From Catajapyx aquilonaris (taxonomy: Eukaryota), in NCBI GenBank assembly GCA_000934665.2, contig KZ538155.1:1-64000 (forward strand): DNA of 64,000 bases, given 5' to 3'. The notes beneath the pieces are model-generated. The model was not told the DNA's origin, did no database searches, and saw only the letters and a list, made by a program, of their open reading frames with translations. Made by a program: the position numbers and the translations under genes. Shown here piece by piece: positions 40,938-53,707 of this stretch (its first letter is position 1; each line of letters begins with the position of its first letter).

Positions 40938-43900
40938 TTACATTGTCGCCACGGCTGGAAATGGAGCTTGGAGCGATCCGGGCCATTAGTTGCGACACCT
41001 GTGGACAGAAAGAAAAAGTGACATAATATTTAGATTTTTAAAACACAAAAATTTTACTAAAATTTCATCCCGGCTACCAGATGGAATGCGGTCGGAATTT
41101 CATATTTAGGTCTAGCATTGTCGTCCGGTACATAATGCAGTTTTCAGGACATCAGGAATCCCCGTTTGTAATCCCAAATGGAAATTCCATCTGTCGCTTA
41201 TAAAAGGGTTTCTATCTGTAGTTCCTGCGCTGGAAGATTCATTATGGTAATCAGGTAGATGGGGTGGGAGGAGAATTCGACATTCCTCCAGTTGTCTTAT
41301 GGCCTGCTCCAACTAAGGGGGGCTTTACATAGCTCTTTATACATGCAGAGAGAATTAGGATCATGTTGATGAAGCGGGCAACTTGTACCTAATTGTTGCA
41401 TAGTTTACATGGAAAGTAGGAGGGAGGAGCAGGGCATGGCTGCATAATGGATGCTGCTAGAGCCGCCGAGTTTGTGGCATAGCAGAAAGTGGGTGCAATA
41501 GCACAGTGCGGCTCCAATAAGTCAACTTTGCTGGGAACCGTAACAACCGGCCGCCGAAGAATATTTTGCCAGCCATATTGCGCTCGCCTGGAAAGAAAAA
41601 CAGTTTTTGCATCAAGTACAGCAGGCCATTTCGAGTAACGCGCAATCGATGCTTTTCTGCATATTATTGTTGGGCAAAATTCTGCACTTCCCCTCGGATA
41701 TTTTTTTTTCCGCACCATCAGCGCCATTAATAGTTTGCGAATAGCAATTTGCGCTTCATCCCCCACTCTCTTTTGGACTCTTGGCTAAGTTGATCAAAAG
41801 GCCGCCTGGGGATGAAGATTAAAGCCCAAATTGACGTTGATGGCGGCGTAAACCACGTCCCTTCCGAACACCTCCGGTGCAAAGTCCGCGCCTTTGGGGG
41901 GGGGTTCTAATAATTCGCGACTCTGCTGGCTGACTTGGAGCCGAAAAGGAGGCCAGGTCAGGTCACTGCAGCACAATAAAGATTCTGGGCGGAGGCGGAG
42001 ACTGGAAGCATCAGGATTCAGTCAGGAATAATAAATCTTGAGTGGGGGTGGAAAAAGGTGTGGGTGAACCTTGTGAGAGGAGATAAGGACTTCTTGACTA
42101 TACTTGGAGATCGATGTGTGGGCGGCCATCTTTGGCGGGTTACGCCCCGGATATTTGGACCGGATTTGGCTTAGTCTGACTTATGATTTTGTTCCGTTGC
42201 AACGGCTGAGCGCTACTAAATAATCTGGATTGTTGTTCTGTAAAATGTCAGCAAAACAATGGGGGTAATTTTAGACAGCTTATCGTCGTCATAAGCTGCT
42301 AATGATTGAATATCATGTTATGCTATACCTTTTGTAATGCATGTAACTCAAAGCGGTTGGTGTCGCGTTAGTTAACTAATAGGCACGATTGATCGGGTTT
42401 CAAACGGATTTAATGGCGCATTTTGCATTGGAAGCTGCAGGTTACAAAATTGACCTTTTTAATATTCTACGAGCAAGCTCATCAGTAATTATGTTTGCAT
42501 TAAATTATTTTCAGGAGTTCATTACATCTGGTTAAATATTTGGAGTTAATATTTTCAACCTTCTTCCAGTCACCAATACCATTAATAGTGACCGGGTAAA
42601 GTTACAGTTCTAACTGACGACCCATTACCTGCCATCCTGCCTGCGGTTATAAGCATTTTAATGCATGTGTTAGATTACGATGGCCCGCACGTGCCGGTGA
42701 TTTGAAGCGCTTCTAAACATGTCATCGACAGGTGTCCACTCTGTGCAAAAATAGTTTATCGACCATAACCGGCCGTGTTACCTACAGTCGATGAGACATG
42801 GCCGTAAATCCGTGGCAATATCCTGCGATCAGTTAGTGTTTAGGGAGATCGAAATGGCATGCAGGGCCAGTCGTAAAGAAATAGTGAGATGAGGCCACCA
42901 CACCCGAAAATCAGGCCAAAATTGGAGCGCCACAAACCCCAGGCACTTCCTGATTAACACTTTGCCAGCAGCTTTTTGCAACCCGGATAATGATCCAATT
43001 TCCTTGCCGGATTTATCGGAGGAAGTATAATCAAAAGAGGCGGCTGGCCATTTGGAGGAAGCGGGCAAAAATGTCTGCCGGCCATAAATATCCGGCTTAA
43101 TCCCCACGCAATCAGTGATCATTAAGTTGCTTCCTTTTGCCAGACGGGAAACAATAGGAGGTTGGCTCGGAATTGATGGTTGCTAATATGTCAGGCCAGT
43201 TTCGCAATCAGCCAAGTAATTTGCACGGGTTACGTCACGCGTTCAAATGTGCCATAATGTCGCTTCAATAAATAAAAAGACCGGATGACCGTGGTGTTAA
43301 TTAATGAACGTGATGAAACACCTCAGAAGTACGGTTTGCTGACAGTAACAAACAGTCATTTCGTAATACATGCAAAAAGGGATCGGGGGTGGTCCAATTA
43401 AAGTGCCACTTGTAGGAATTCTAGCAAGCAATAGACGTCATGCTATATGGAAATTCTTTGTCGATATTGTACTTTTTCCTGAGCAGGAATTTAATAAAGT
43501 TTTGTCTCAGATGACGAATGATATACTTTTTTTTTCTTTTTATGTGCACAATATAGGGCAAGTGAGGCTTCTGGGGAAAGATCGTGAGAAACTATCCGCA
43601 GAAAACTTTCTGGATTTGTGGCCGGCACAGAACTTTTGTGGGTTCAATTTTTTCCCCCCCTCTTCTCCATTTTCGCTCATGCTCTGTCTAACCGAACCTG
43701 CAACCTGGCAACAACGTAATGGAATTGTTGATGTGAGGAGCCGGAGAGTGAGAGAGCAGGAAAAAAGCCAATTGAATTATGCACGTCCACGTGACCGTAT
43801 TCGAGTTGGATGTTTTACAAAAAAAAAAGAAAGGAAGAGCGGGACACATATATACCCTTTTGGTTGAAATTGAATCTTCACTGGCTGGGAAATGAGTGAT

Positions 43901-46900
43901 GGAAAAGGACCGGATGACTTTCGCAGCTGACGAATATGGTCTGGGCTGCCTTTCTGAAACGAGAGGAAGGTGCGGGAGAAAACGGCCTCGTTTCTTTATC
44001 TGTACTTCCTAAAGGGATACTAAAAGCGAGGTTTTATTCCCCAGCGAGGATCCATCAAGTTTTCACGCACCTTTTCCTCACCGGCACGGATTTTCAGCTA
44101 GAGCACTGTTTCTGCTCACGTCTGCCAGCAGACGGCCTCAGACATCAATAATCGCAACAATGTGGCGCAGTGCATTTAATGCAAGTTTATTTTGACACGG
44201 TGGATGCGCATGAAAATCGCAACGATCCCGGTATGACGCAATTGTGCGCCATCTATATACGTCTGTTTCCAACCCCCGATGTCAATAGATGGCCTACTTT
44301 CTCGAAGACACAAACTTCGCCAGTTCCGTTTCTCTCTCTCTCTCTCGGCCAATACCACTTGGTTTACACAAATGGCTGTTGGTAGACCTCTACATATACC
44401 AAGCAGAAATTGATCTAGCGGAACGGTCACATGTGTGCAGAACTAATTGCAAGTTATAAATCTGGAGGGCTTGGATCCTATGCAAATGAAGTCGCCATTA
44501 TTTTGCTTCCTTTCATAGTCATTAATCGCCATTACTTCTCCGGCCTGCCGACACCACCGAGTTCAGCCATTTATTACCATAATTTGCATGGAGTTTAGGT
44601 ACCTATAACTAGCCTAACGATTTTTTGAAAATGTTGAAGTGAATAGTCTCCATGAATATATCAGTGAATTGTTACTAAGGAGGCTGAGTTATAGCCTTTC
44701 TCGAAATCAGGCTTCATTGTACAGGACACGCTGCAGGACCTCTAGATGTCAGCAGGCCGCATCCATTCTCGCATGAAGCCCACCATCTATCGTGCATGTG
44801 AACAACCAATTTCTCGGGGATAAGTGTGCCCTCATGTTAGGGATGAATTCGAAGGCCCACAGGAGATGCTACTAGCTCATGCAATTAGTGACATACGAAT
44901 GCGGAATAAACTTTGGGACCTGCATTCCCTTCCAAAAATGAGCCAGAAGCATTATCGAGCGAAGTTTGTTTTCTTTTGCAGCAGGCGGTGTGGTCTGATC
45001 CGTAAGAGTGATAACGTGGAAAATTAAACAGAGTTCGATATCTGCCGAATTGATTTCGCAGCGCTTCATATTCCTGCCTCGAATTTCAGATTGAAGAAGA
45101 AGACGAGTCTTTTGCCATTCTTTTGAGCAACATGGCTCCGGAAATTAAAGGGCCCCCCCGAAATGTATTTATATTCCAAGTGCAGGCGGGCTTGAGGAAG
45201 CTGGTTGTTAGTCTTTCCAGCTGAGAATGAATTTGCACAAGTGTATGCAATTCTGCTTGGTTTGCTTCTGTTTCCTCGCATTGTGTGCATAGAAAATGAG
45301 GTATTTATTCTAACCATTTCGAAAACCAGGGTTCATTTTCATTTCCCGCACGTTTATGATAATGCTTATCATGAATACGCAACCAGTGTTACAGTGTGGT
45401 TTCACTGCATAAAATCGAGAGCACTGCGTGGAATCCTTTTTGCAACTGCGGTACGCGAACTGAACTTGTATAATTGGACCTACTGATTGGTAGGCTAATT
45501 GGCTCCCAAAAGTTTTGGGCGAATCTTCTAGAGCGATACTTGTCAAGTTTGGATGTTTCATTCCGGACTTGAAAATGAGGTGGTCATACACCCGGAAAAG
45601 TAATTAATTCTGCTAAAAACTTGTAGCATTTTGCCAGAGACATCTGCCTGTTAAATGAAACCCGTCATTGCACCGACATCAACCTTATATATATTACGTG
45701 GCTGATTGTATCCTAATGATGGGCGCTTGCTTTCCCCTGGAGATGCCTCAGCCGGCAAATGAACCGCAAAACTGGTTTTTGGGTTTAAAGTTGAATCCCT
45801 CCAGGCGCTTGGGAGGTCGGTTCTAGCCCAGCAGAATGCAAATTTTCCGCAACAGTAGAGAGAGAACTCTCTGCGGTTCTCAAAATTCATCAAAAACCCG
45901 TTGGTTTTCCGCCCCATTTTTGCGACCGGTCCGGAACAATCCGTATTATTATTGACTCTTTGCCCCTCGCAGATATCCGGGCTCTCCGATGGGAGCCGAA
46001 CTCTTTTTTTTTTATCCGGTGGGAAATATACGGGACAAACGTTGCGTGCGCTACATTCCCAATAGTTCGAGAGAAGATCCGGGGCGACCACATTTCTACG
46101 GGGGGTGTTTCCCATGAGAGGAAAAAAGGAAGAAACCAAAAGGGCATGACTGTACATGTAGATGGGTATTTATTGCCCTCCTCCCACTCCATGTAAGGTC
46201 GTGACCTGGACGTGACCGCTTTTTTACAGCTCATCTCTGGAGATGGGCCATATTTATCGGTTAAGGCTTGCGCGGCTTAAGCCTATTTTCTGCGGTGACA
46301 CAACGTGATATATGCGGAAAAGTGTCTCAGGAATGGTAATTCATGGCTCTTTTTAGCGATTCGTGGATGAAAATGGCCGACCGCAAAACTTTGCTGGGGG
46401 GTTTTAATAATATACGGGCGCGACCTCTCTTCATGTTAGATATTGGCAGGTTTGGGTTGAAAATGAACCCGAGAACTTTTGTTGCTGCCCGGTCCGCAAA
46501 TAATTGATACGATCGTCCTACTTATGCTGCTCTAGGGAGAAATCATTCCCCGGAATCCGGCGTACATTTGTGCAAGAATGCAGCAGAATCCGGAGAATCT
46601 AGTGGTGCCCAGGTGTGCGCTTTTTCCTCGCGTGATTAACTCGCATTGTTCGCAGCAGAATTATGGACGCGATGCATTTTGTGAAAGGAAGCTGGATGGT
46701 TTCAGGCAGGAAACAGTTATATTACTAAAAATGCCATATTTTCAATTTCATTATACACCATACTTGTATTTAAATTGTGTTCGGCATAACACTTTCATCC
46801 TGACTGTTCAGAGCTAACCGTGAGTCTCTTTTGTTGTAGGGTAAGTCTAACTGACAGGATGAATAGTAAACTGTTAGGCCTGTTAGGATCATGTCGGTAC

Positions 46901-49900
46901 ACGATTTTAAGCTTCTGTCTAAATAATCGCCTTGTCACGTAGGAATTACCATGCTATAAAGTCTATTTATGATCGGAGGCAAACAGGAAAGTTAACTCCG
47001 TACAGCTTAGAAGTTGGCGGCTGTAGATTGGATGGGATTTTTTTTAAAGCTGTTTGAAGAGCGTTTCTTCCCCCCCCCCCCTCCAACAGTGAGATAGGAC
47101 CGCTTGACGAATTTGTAAGGAAATCGAGTTTATTTCCTTACTCAAGCTCAGTAATCGAATTTTACTGAACTACTATATTAGATTTATAAGTGCTGTGCGT
47201 CACAATCGTGTGACACACTTGGCATATTCGATGGAACCCCATTTTTTGCGTATAAGTTGATTTATTATGTATTTTGAGAGAGAGAAAAGCCTTTTCCGCC
47301 ATTTTTAATTTGCAATGGCCACCATTACAGTCACATTGGTTGCTTTCAAAGCTGGCCCTGGGGGAATATGTATGAAGACTGCAGATTTACAAAATAGTAT
47401 CATTAAGTTAAGGTACCATCTATGTTGCTATTGCAAAATATACTATAGCCTGGATTTATCGACTTCTCTTTTTCCTTTTTTTTATCTCAAATGCGAAATG
47501 GTGTACCTGCAAATCCTCCCTGAAAGGCTCAACTGCCTGATCAATGAAATATGCGGCTCTTAGCTTTTATGTGCGGGGGAAGAGCATCAAAGAAAACACT
47601 GCCGCGAATTTAGAACAGTGTTGGCTCTACCTGTACACTGTGCAATTGTGCATTTGTACAGTGAAGCACGATGCATTCTTCTAGATAATTTTCCCACATT
47701 TCTAAGCTCTCTGGACACACTCGCTATATCTTACGACATCATTGACCTTAATTCTGACCCATTTGGCGTACTTATCCCGCTTCTGCCCTAATGGATAAGC
47801 GTATCTCATGCCCCCATAATGCCCATAAAAACATCATTTATATGCCGGTCTCGGACAATGTTGTACCTCTGGTTGGTTAAAATCCAACATTGACCGTGGG
47901 CTAAGGACTGGGGCTGATGAGGCTGTAAATGATATTTGAGCCACGGGCCAAATGGCGTTTGGCACCTGCGATGAAATTTACCCCCTCGCTGTAGGGGGCA
48001 CCCATGATGTACATGGCGCCGACGCTAATATGAACCCCATTCCACCCTACAACCCTCTGTAAAACCCTGCAGGCCTCCGCAGACTGCAGTTTGCACTGTC
48101 AACACGCTCTTTGCATGGCCAAACCTGATGAGATAAAAATGTCTTCCTTTGATAAACCCCTACCAACTCGGGGACTTTGCTAATGTACTGCTTGCACAAA
48201 TAGACCCCGGACCCAAAAGTCTATTTTCCTACCATGGATATACAACGATAGGCACGATACGGTCGTATAACTGGTAATTTATTCGGTTTTATGAGGCACA
48301 CCAAACTGCTCTATTTTGTACATACACCCTGTATGTGCGATCCGCCCTTTTTGTGTATAGCCTGCTTTTTCCGATATTAGCGACCAGGATGGGTCATGAG
48401 TGGTTTTTTAACTTAACCCTCTTGAGAGTGAGGAATGGCATGTTGGAGAAGAGAATCAATCACTGGACGGACCATCGACTAGGGGGCGGGTTACTTTCCA
48501 TCTTTGTCCATGTTACGCTCAGAGTGGTGCCAGAGCACGTTCTGATGTCGACGGGGGTTTTTTTCTTCTCCTATAGAGTGTGTCCTATGCGGATGCTGTC
48601 GGCGAAGTGATAGGTAGAATAAGCTCGGTGGGCAAAGAAGAGTATATTTAGGCGACAGTGTCATTTGTCACCCCCCAAACCGGAGCAGATTCTTCCACTT
48701 GACATCTTGTAATCGGAAAACCCAATTGGAAATGTCGGGGACTTTGGGACGAGATGTATTGGCCGTGTCGTGGTGAGTTTGAACTGTAGGCTCTTTTTTA
48801 AAGGGAGTCGATCGAGTGACGGATAGGACTATTGGCAGTCAGAAAAGCTTATAGTGTGACATCATATTTGCAAGGTTGTGACGGCCCTGTGATTTGCGAG
48901 CTGGCATAATGGAAAATATCAGTATGAAAGCTATGTGGCGTCGTACTTGAACCAGATGATGTCACTGCAATGCACACTCATGCAGACTCAGCAAATGCAG
49001 ATAATCTCGAGAACATTCCCGGCGAAATTGTTGACACGGAACCCAACACATTGTTTTTCCTGCTCGCAGATTTTGCCAACTCACACGGGACCTGGTCAAT
49101 CAATGTGTGCCCGCATAAGTCAACATATTCGTGATCAATTACACCCATTTCCATACTAATGGCCTCTATGCGCATCCCGCTATGAAAATATAGCGCAAAT
49201 TGCATCGAATAACTGCAGGCTCGAATTATGAAGGGCCCCCACTTTTTTGTTACCTGCTCAACATTCCACCAAATATAGAGTGGGGAGGGTAAAGTCATTC
49301 GCAGACAAGTGCGCGCGAAAATGACCGCCATAAAGGGTGGTTGAAAAATCGCGGCAATTAGCGATCGCTGGCAGGATGCCTTGCAGCGGAGCATTACGCG
49401 CAAAAATATTATCTCGCTTTTGGGTTGTTCGGGACTGGATTGCACATGACACGACGCACCATTACGAGTCCTATCGTTCAGAATAATATTGTGATATGAA
49501 TATTGGGAATGATGAAAAAAATTTGCGGATTTTTTTTTCCCCCCCAGAGGTTCGTTTACTCTTAACAAAAATGGATCGACCCATAGAAAAGCTGGCTCTG
49601 AAAATCCTCCGCCCAGATAAGCCGAATCGAATTTCGATGCTAATAACTCCGCACTTTTTGGTGGAGGGGCATAAGGACCTCGCCTCCGGTCATGCTTAAG
49701 GTGAACCACGGCTCTTCTTTGCGACGTTCAGGTTCTCAAATATGGCCCGGGCATCAAAAATTCTTGGGGGGGATATTGCATTCTCACGCAATCGCTTTTT
49801 TCGATCAAACCTTAGTAAGTTTTGGTTTTTTAAAAAAGGTAACTTCGTTGTGGGTGTCGGCCGAAGAAACATCGACTCTAAATCAGTTTACTTTTTTTTT

Positions 49901-52772
49901 TTTTTTTTTAAGAAGACAAATAATGAAGTTCCTTATAAGAAAACATTTGTCACCTTGCTAGCATGAGACCTGGCGTTTTCCTCTATAGACATTTGGCTCG
50001 GTACATCTGCTCAACTTCACAACCGGCACGTACATGATAGATGCTATTTCTGAAGGGATTTCGGCTGCTCTTGTTTTTATCAGGAAAGAACGTCGCGAAG
50101 TCGGTGAATGCTTAATCGATCTTTCTCCACTGCCTCGAAAGCTGGCAGCTCGAAACGTCATTTTTGTCCTCGTCGACCCAAAATATATAGGTCCTCTCGC
50201 TAATGACCGTTTGTGCACATCCACATTTGCATAGGTGATGGAGCATTTTGCCCACTGGCAAAGTCCGAATTCAATTGAACAGGAAAAGACCGGTCTCTGG
50301 TACGTCCCCACATATATCGATCATTCCCCGTGATGTTCCCCAGAGGACATCACATCCGGATAAAAAAAGGACCCCCACTTTTTTCCCGTAGCGTAAAACC
50401 AATTTCTAGCCGTGTATCGGACCGGCCCAATTTTTATGAACTATCCCCCCNCCCCCCCCTATCCTAGAGATGAGTCCCGGAACAATTCCACCGGATTTGA
50501 TAGGTCTCCACGGCGACCCTGGGCTATCGGCCACTTGATTGCATTCCAGCCGAGCGTGTTATATGGACAGCGGACAGATGTGCCACGCCCATTGCACTGG
50601 GCGAGCCTAATGTCCAACAGGTTTTTTTTTCTTTCTATGTCGGGTTTAGAAAGTGAACGGAGGTTAATCAGAGGCACTAAACTCCTGGCGCAAGAGCACC
50701 ATGTTGGATTCCTCATGAATAACCCAGCGAATAAAGCTTTGGAAGTAAATTGTACATTTCTGGATACGCCCCCAATTTATGGAGAATTGAAAAAGTTGGC
50801 TTACCTGTTGGAAAGAGGCCTGAGGAGCTTGGGCCGAAGTGTTCTCCTGCAATTAAAAATGGACATTCAGATGGGATGACATTAAAAAGTTCAACTCTGC
50901 ACGCATATTGGCAAATTAAAACATAACAGAACCGCAGACTTAAAGCAACACTGTTCAATAGAACAATAACACTAGTTAGTGTTTTAACCACCGTATAAGC
51001 TTTCCTTTAAAAAATTTAGCGAGAGTACCCTCTAATGTTTATGTAAACGGAGAGTAAAAGCTCTCCAGCAGTGCAGTTCTGTTTTAATGGACTTGCCTTT
51101 TTTTATAGTTTGTATCCATCCCGCACAATTTGCAAACGGAATGATTTATAAAACCCGTACCGTACAGTGTATAATGAAATATGCCGAGGTATATGGTTCG
51201 AGCATAAAGGAAGGATTAGTATTGTTCTCTGCATCGGCTGATGGAGAATACTTCATTAAGGCATTCCGACCGGAATGCATATTCAATACGTATATAGCCG
51301 GATTCTCCTTCTGAACAGAAACCGACGCAAATATCCAAGGTTGAATTTTCCTCCCATTCAATTCAAGCAGTGCTCTGTGCTGTTTTAGCAACGAAGCCTC
51401 TCCTGGCCCATTGTCATGGCCAGCTGCCCGAACCGCTCGGACCTTTAACTCTCCAGGACTTTCAAGTGTATTGGTCCCCAGTCACTTGTTCTTGGGAATC
51501 GGCGAGGAAAGAAAAATGTTTCAAACCCTGACTAGAAGAACAAACGAATCGATTCCGGGTGATTTTTTTTCTTCTTCTTTCCAACACCAACTCCAGTCTT
51601 TTGTGTGTTGAGTTGGCGAACGGTCCATTTAAGTCCCCGGATTTCTCTCTCACACAATCTCCAGCTGTTTCTGGGACTCGGATTTGCAAGGAGTGCAAAC
51701 GCGATATTCGTATCAAAAGAGAAAGTTTTCACGTCGTGAACCATCTTGTCGCCAATTTACAGGGAACACAAGATGGTCCTCGGAAAAAAACTTTTTGACG
51801 TCGTAGCGAAAAGCTCCAGAGATGAGCAGACGTCACGCTCTGTTTCAAGTGGGCTTGATGGAAAAGATATTTTTCCTTACCTTACAGAAAATGCTGAAAC
51901 TACAGGGTGATACACTGCCCCAACAGCAACTTCAAATCTTCACTTGTTGATTCGGCGACTGTAGGGACCACTTGTCTCCACATTTTTAAGGCAAAGCAGA
52001 TACTCCGCATTGATTTGTTGGGTGGTTGGAGTGGGTGCTGTCTTCATTGGTATAGCATCGCGTGCTGACGTCTGGCGAAGAAGAAGAAGAAAAAAAAGAG
52101 AGAGAGAGAGAAAGGAAAACACGATGAGAATAACGAACGAGCTCTCTGATCGCAATCGGACTTGGTTGGGGTGGAGGAGAACCTATTAGCGGAACCATAT
52201 TTTTAAACCCGACCGCAAACTTGATGCAGGCCTCACCCTGCTTAATGTTTGCAGTTTAGATCTAAATTGGAGCCGACCCCTTGAAACGACATCAATCTGG
52301 CTTGGAAACGGCTCGAAATGCGGCCTCTACATTCAAGAGACCTGCAAGTATCTCCGCTGGTCCGTTGGTAATTTGGCGCCCAAATAAAGCCAGCTCATTA
52401 TGAATTCTGTCCCATCGCGGTTTATCTCAGGTGGAGATCAGGACTGGACAAAACCCGTAGCCCTGGGGCTCTATACACGGATCTGAGCATATATTCCCCT
52501 GGGCAATTTTACGGGTGTCCGGACGCCATGAGTGGCCGAGATCATCATATAATATCACGGCTGGCTCGGCGTAATAATGAAAACATTGGCGCCTAATCTG
52601 TTGGCGCCCTCTAGGACTCTCTGATGCGCTCCGGTGACGCAAGAGCCGGGTTTTAATGTGATTGGGCAAACCCCGGGGCGCAAAAGTGAAGTCTGGAGCA
52701 GCATCCGCTCGTTATAAGTTGCGACGGATATTCGACCAGGGACAAAATATGCTCAATGAGGAACCTGCCGGA

Positions 52773-52869
52773 AGATGGCTGCACTGCTGCTGCCTAGTTC
52801 TGAAACCTAGGGTAGATGGCTGCACTGCTGCTGCCTAGTTCTGAAACCTACGGTAGATGGCTCCACTGC
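52773..52869. repeat. 41-bp tandem repeat, about 2.4 copies
   Basis: Unit agatggctgcactgctgctgcctagttctgaaaccta(g/c)ggt at 52773 and 52814, with a partial third copy at 52855. Confidence 0.95.
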
Positions 52870-53611
52870 ATGAACCAAATTAAATGAAATAAAATTAATA
52901 AAATATAACTGGAGAGCACAACTTCCCATTGATTAATTGATATGCTGGCCTACTTTGTTGAAATTGTGGTGAAATTTGCATTTATGCATCAAAGGTGCAA
53001 TTACAGAGGTGGCCATCTTTGCTCGTCCTCTATCAAACATACGATCCAATTACAGGGAAGGAATGTAAATATCCCCCTTTGAAATTGGCTCGTGTTCGCA
53101 AAGAGCTGGCCAATTGGTGACTGTCTAACGGCCGAATGGAACACTAAATTTCCATCGTATGAAGTTTGATCGGCCATTTTTTTACAAGATTATTAACCTC
53201 AGTTTTTTGCCCATGTTCATATAGAGGGTCTATAAAACCGTATCGTCCCGCCTAGAATTAAGCGGTCACAGCCATGAAAATGGTTATCTACTCTAGACGG
53301 GAAATAAGTAAAAGAGAAGAGGGCACTCCACACTGGTCCCAGAAGTATGTAATTGAGGTAGATGGGAGGGGGGGGGGCACAGTGTCTGTAGTATGGTCGT
53401 TGTGGGCCGAAACGCAATTATTTTGGGGGAGGCGGACAGCCCTTATCGGGGAGAAGTTAGGATGGGCCAATTCAATTTCAGATGTGAAGACTTTCTGAGT
53501 AAAGGGGGTTGCCATTAACCATGTTATATTGTGCCACTTTTTTCTCCCCCAGACGTCGCATCAAAACTGGGCCGTGACATTTTTGTACAAAATTGTGCTT
53601 CTCGTTCGCAG

Positions 53612-53707
53612 GATAATCTGGACGACCTGAGCGCCAGCACCGAGACGCCTCGTTCTCTCGGGGAGCCATCAGAGGGCACTGACGAGGAGCCTGAACTTCC
53701 GGAACAG
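53612..53707 (+). CDS. Patj: Patj/MPDZ exon: acidic linker after PDZ5
   Basis: Acceptor tgtgcttctcgttcgcAG, donor CAG|gtaggc; 96 nt, phase 0/0. Encodes DNLDDLSASTETPRSLGEPSEGTDEEPELPEQ. A second strong acceptor lies 59 nt upstream (exon start 53553). Confidence 0.7.

Noticed and set aside
48978..49709. Longest non-Patj ORF (243 aa, minus strand)
   Set aside because: No recognisable domain, random-looking composition including homopolymer-derived runs, and no supporting splice structure.
50445..50459. N inside a poly-C run
   Set aside because: Assembly or sequencing ambiguity, not biology.
52773..52869. CRISPR-like appearance of the 41-bp repeat
   Set aside because: Head-to-tail copies with no unique spacers, no cas genes, and a eukaryotic context.
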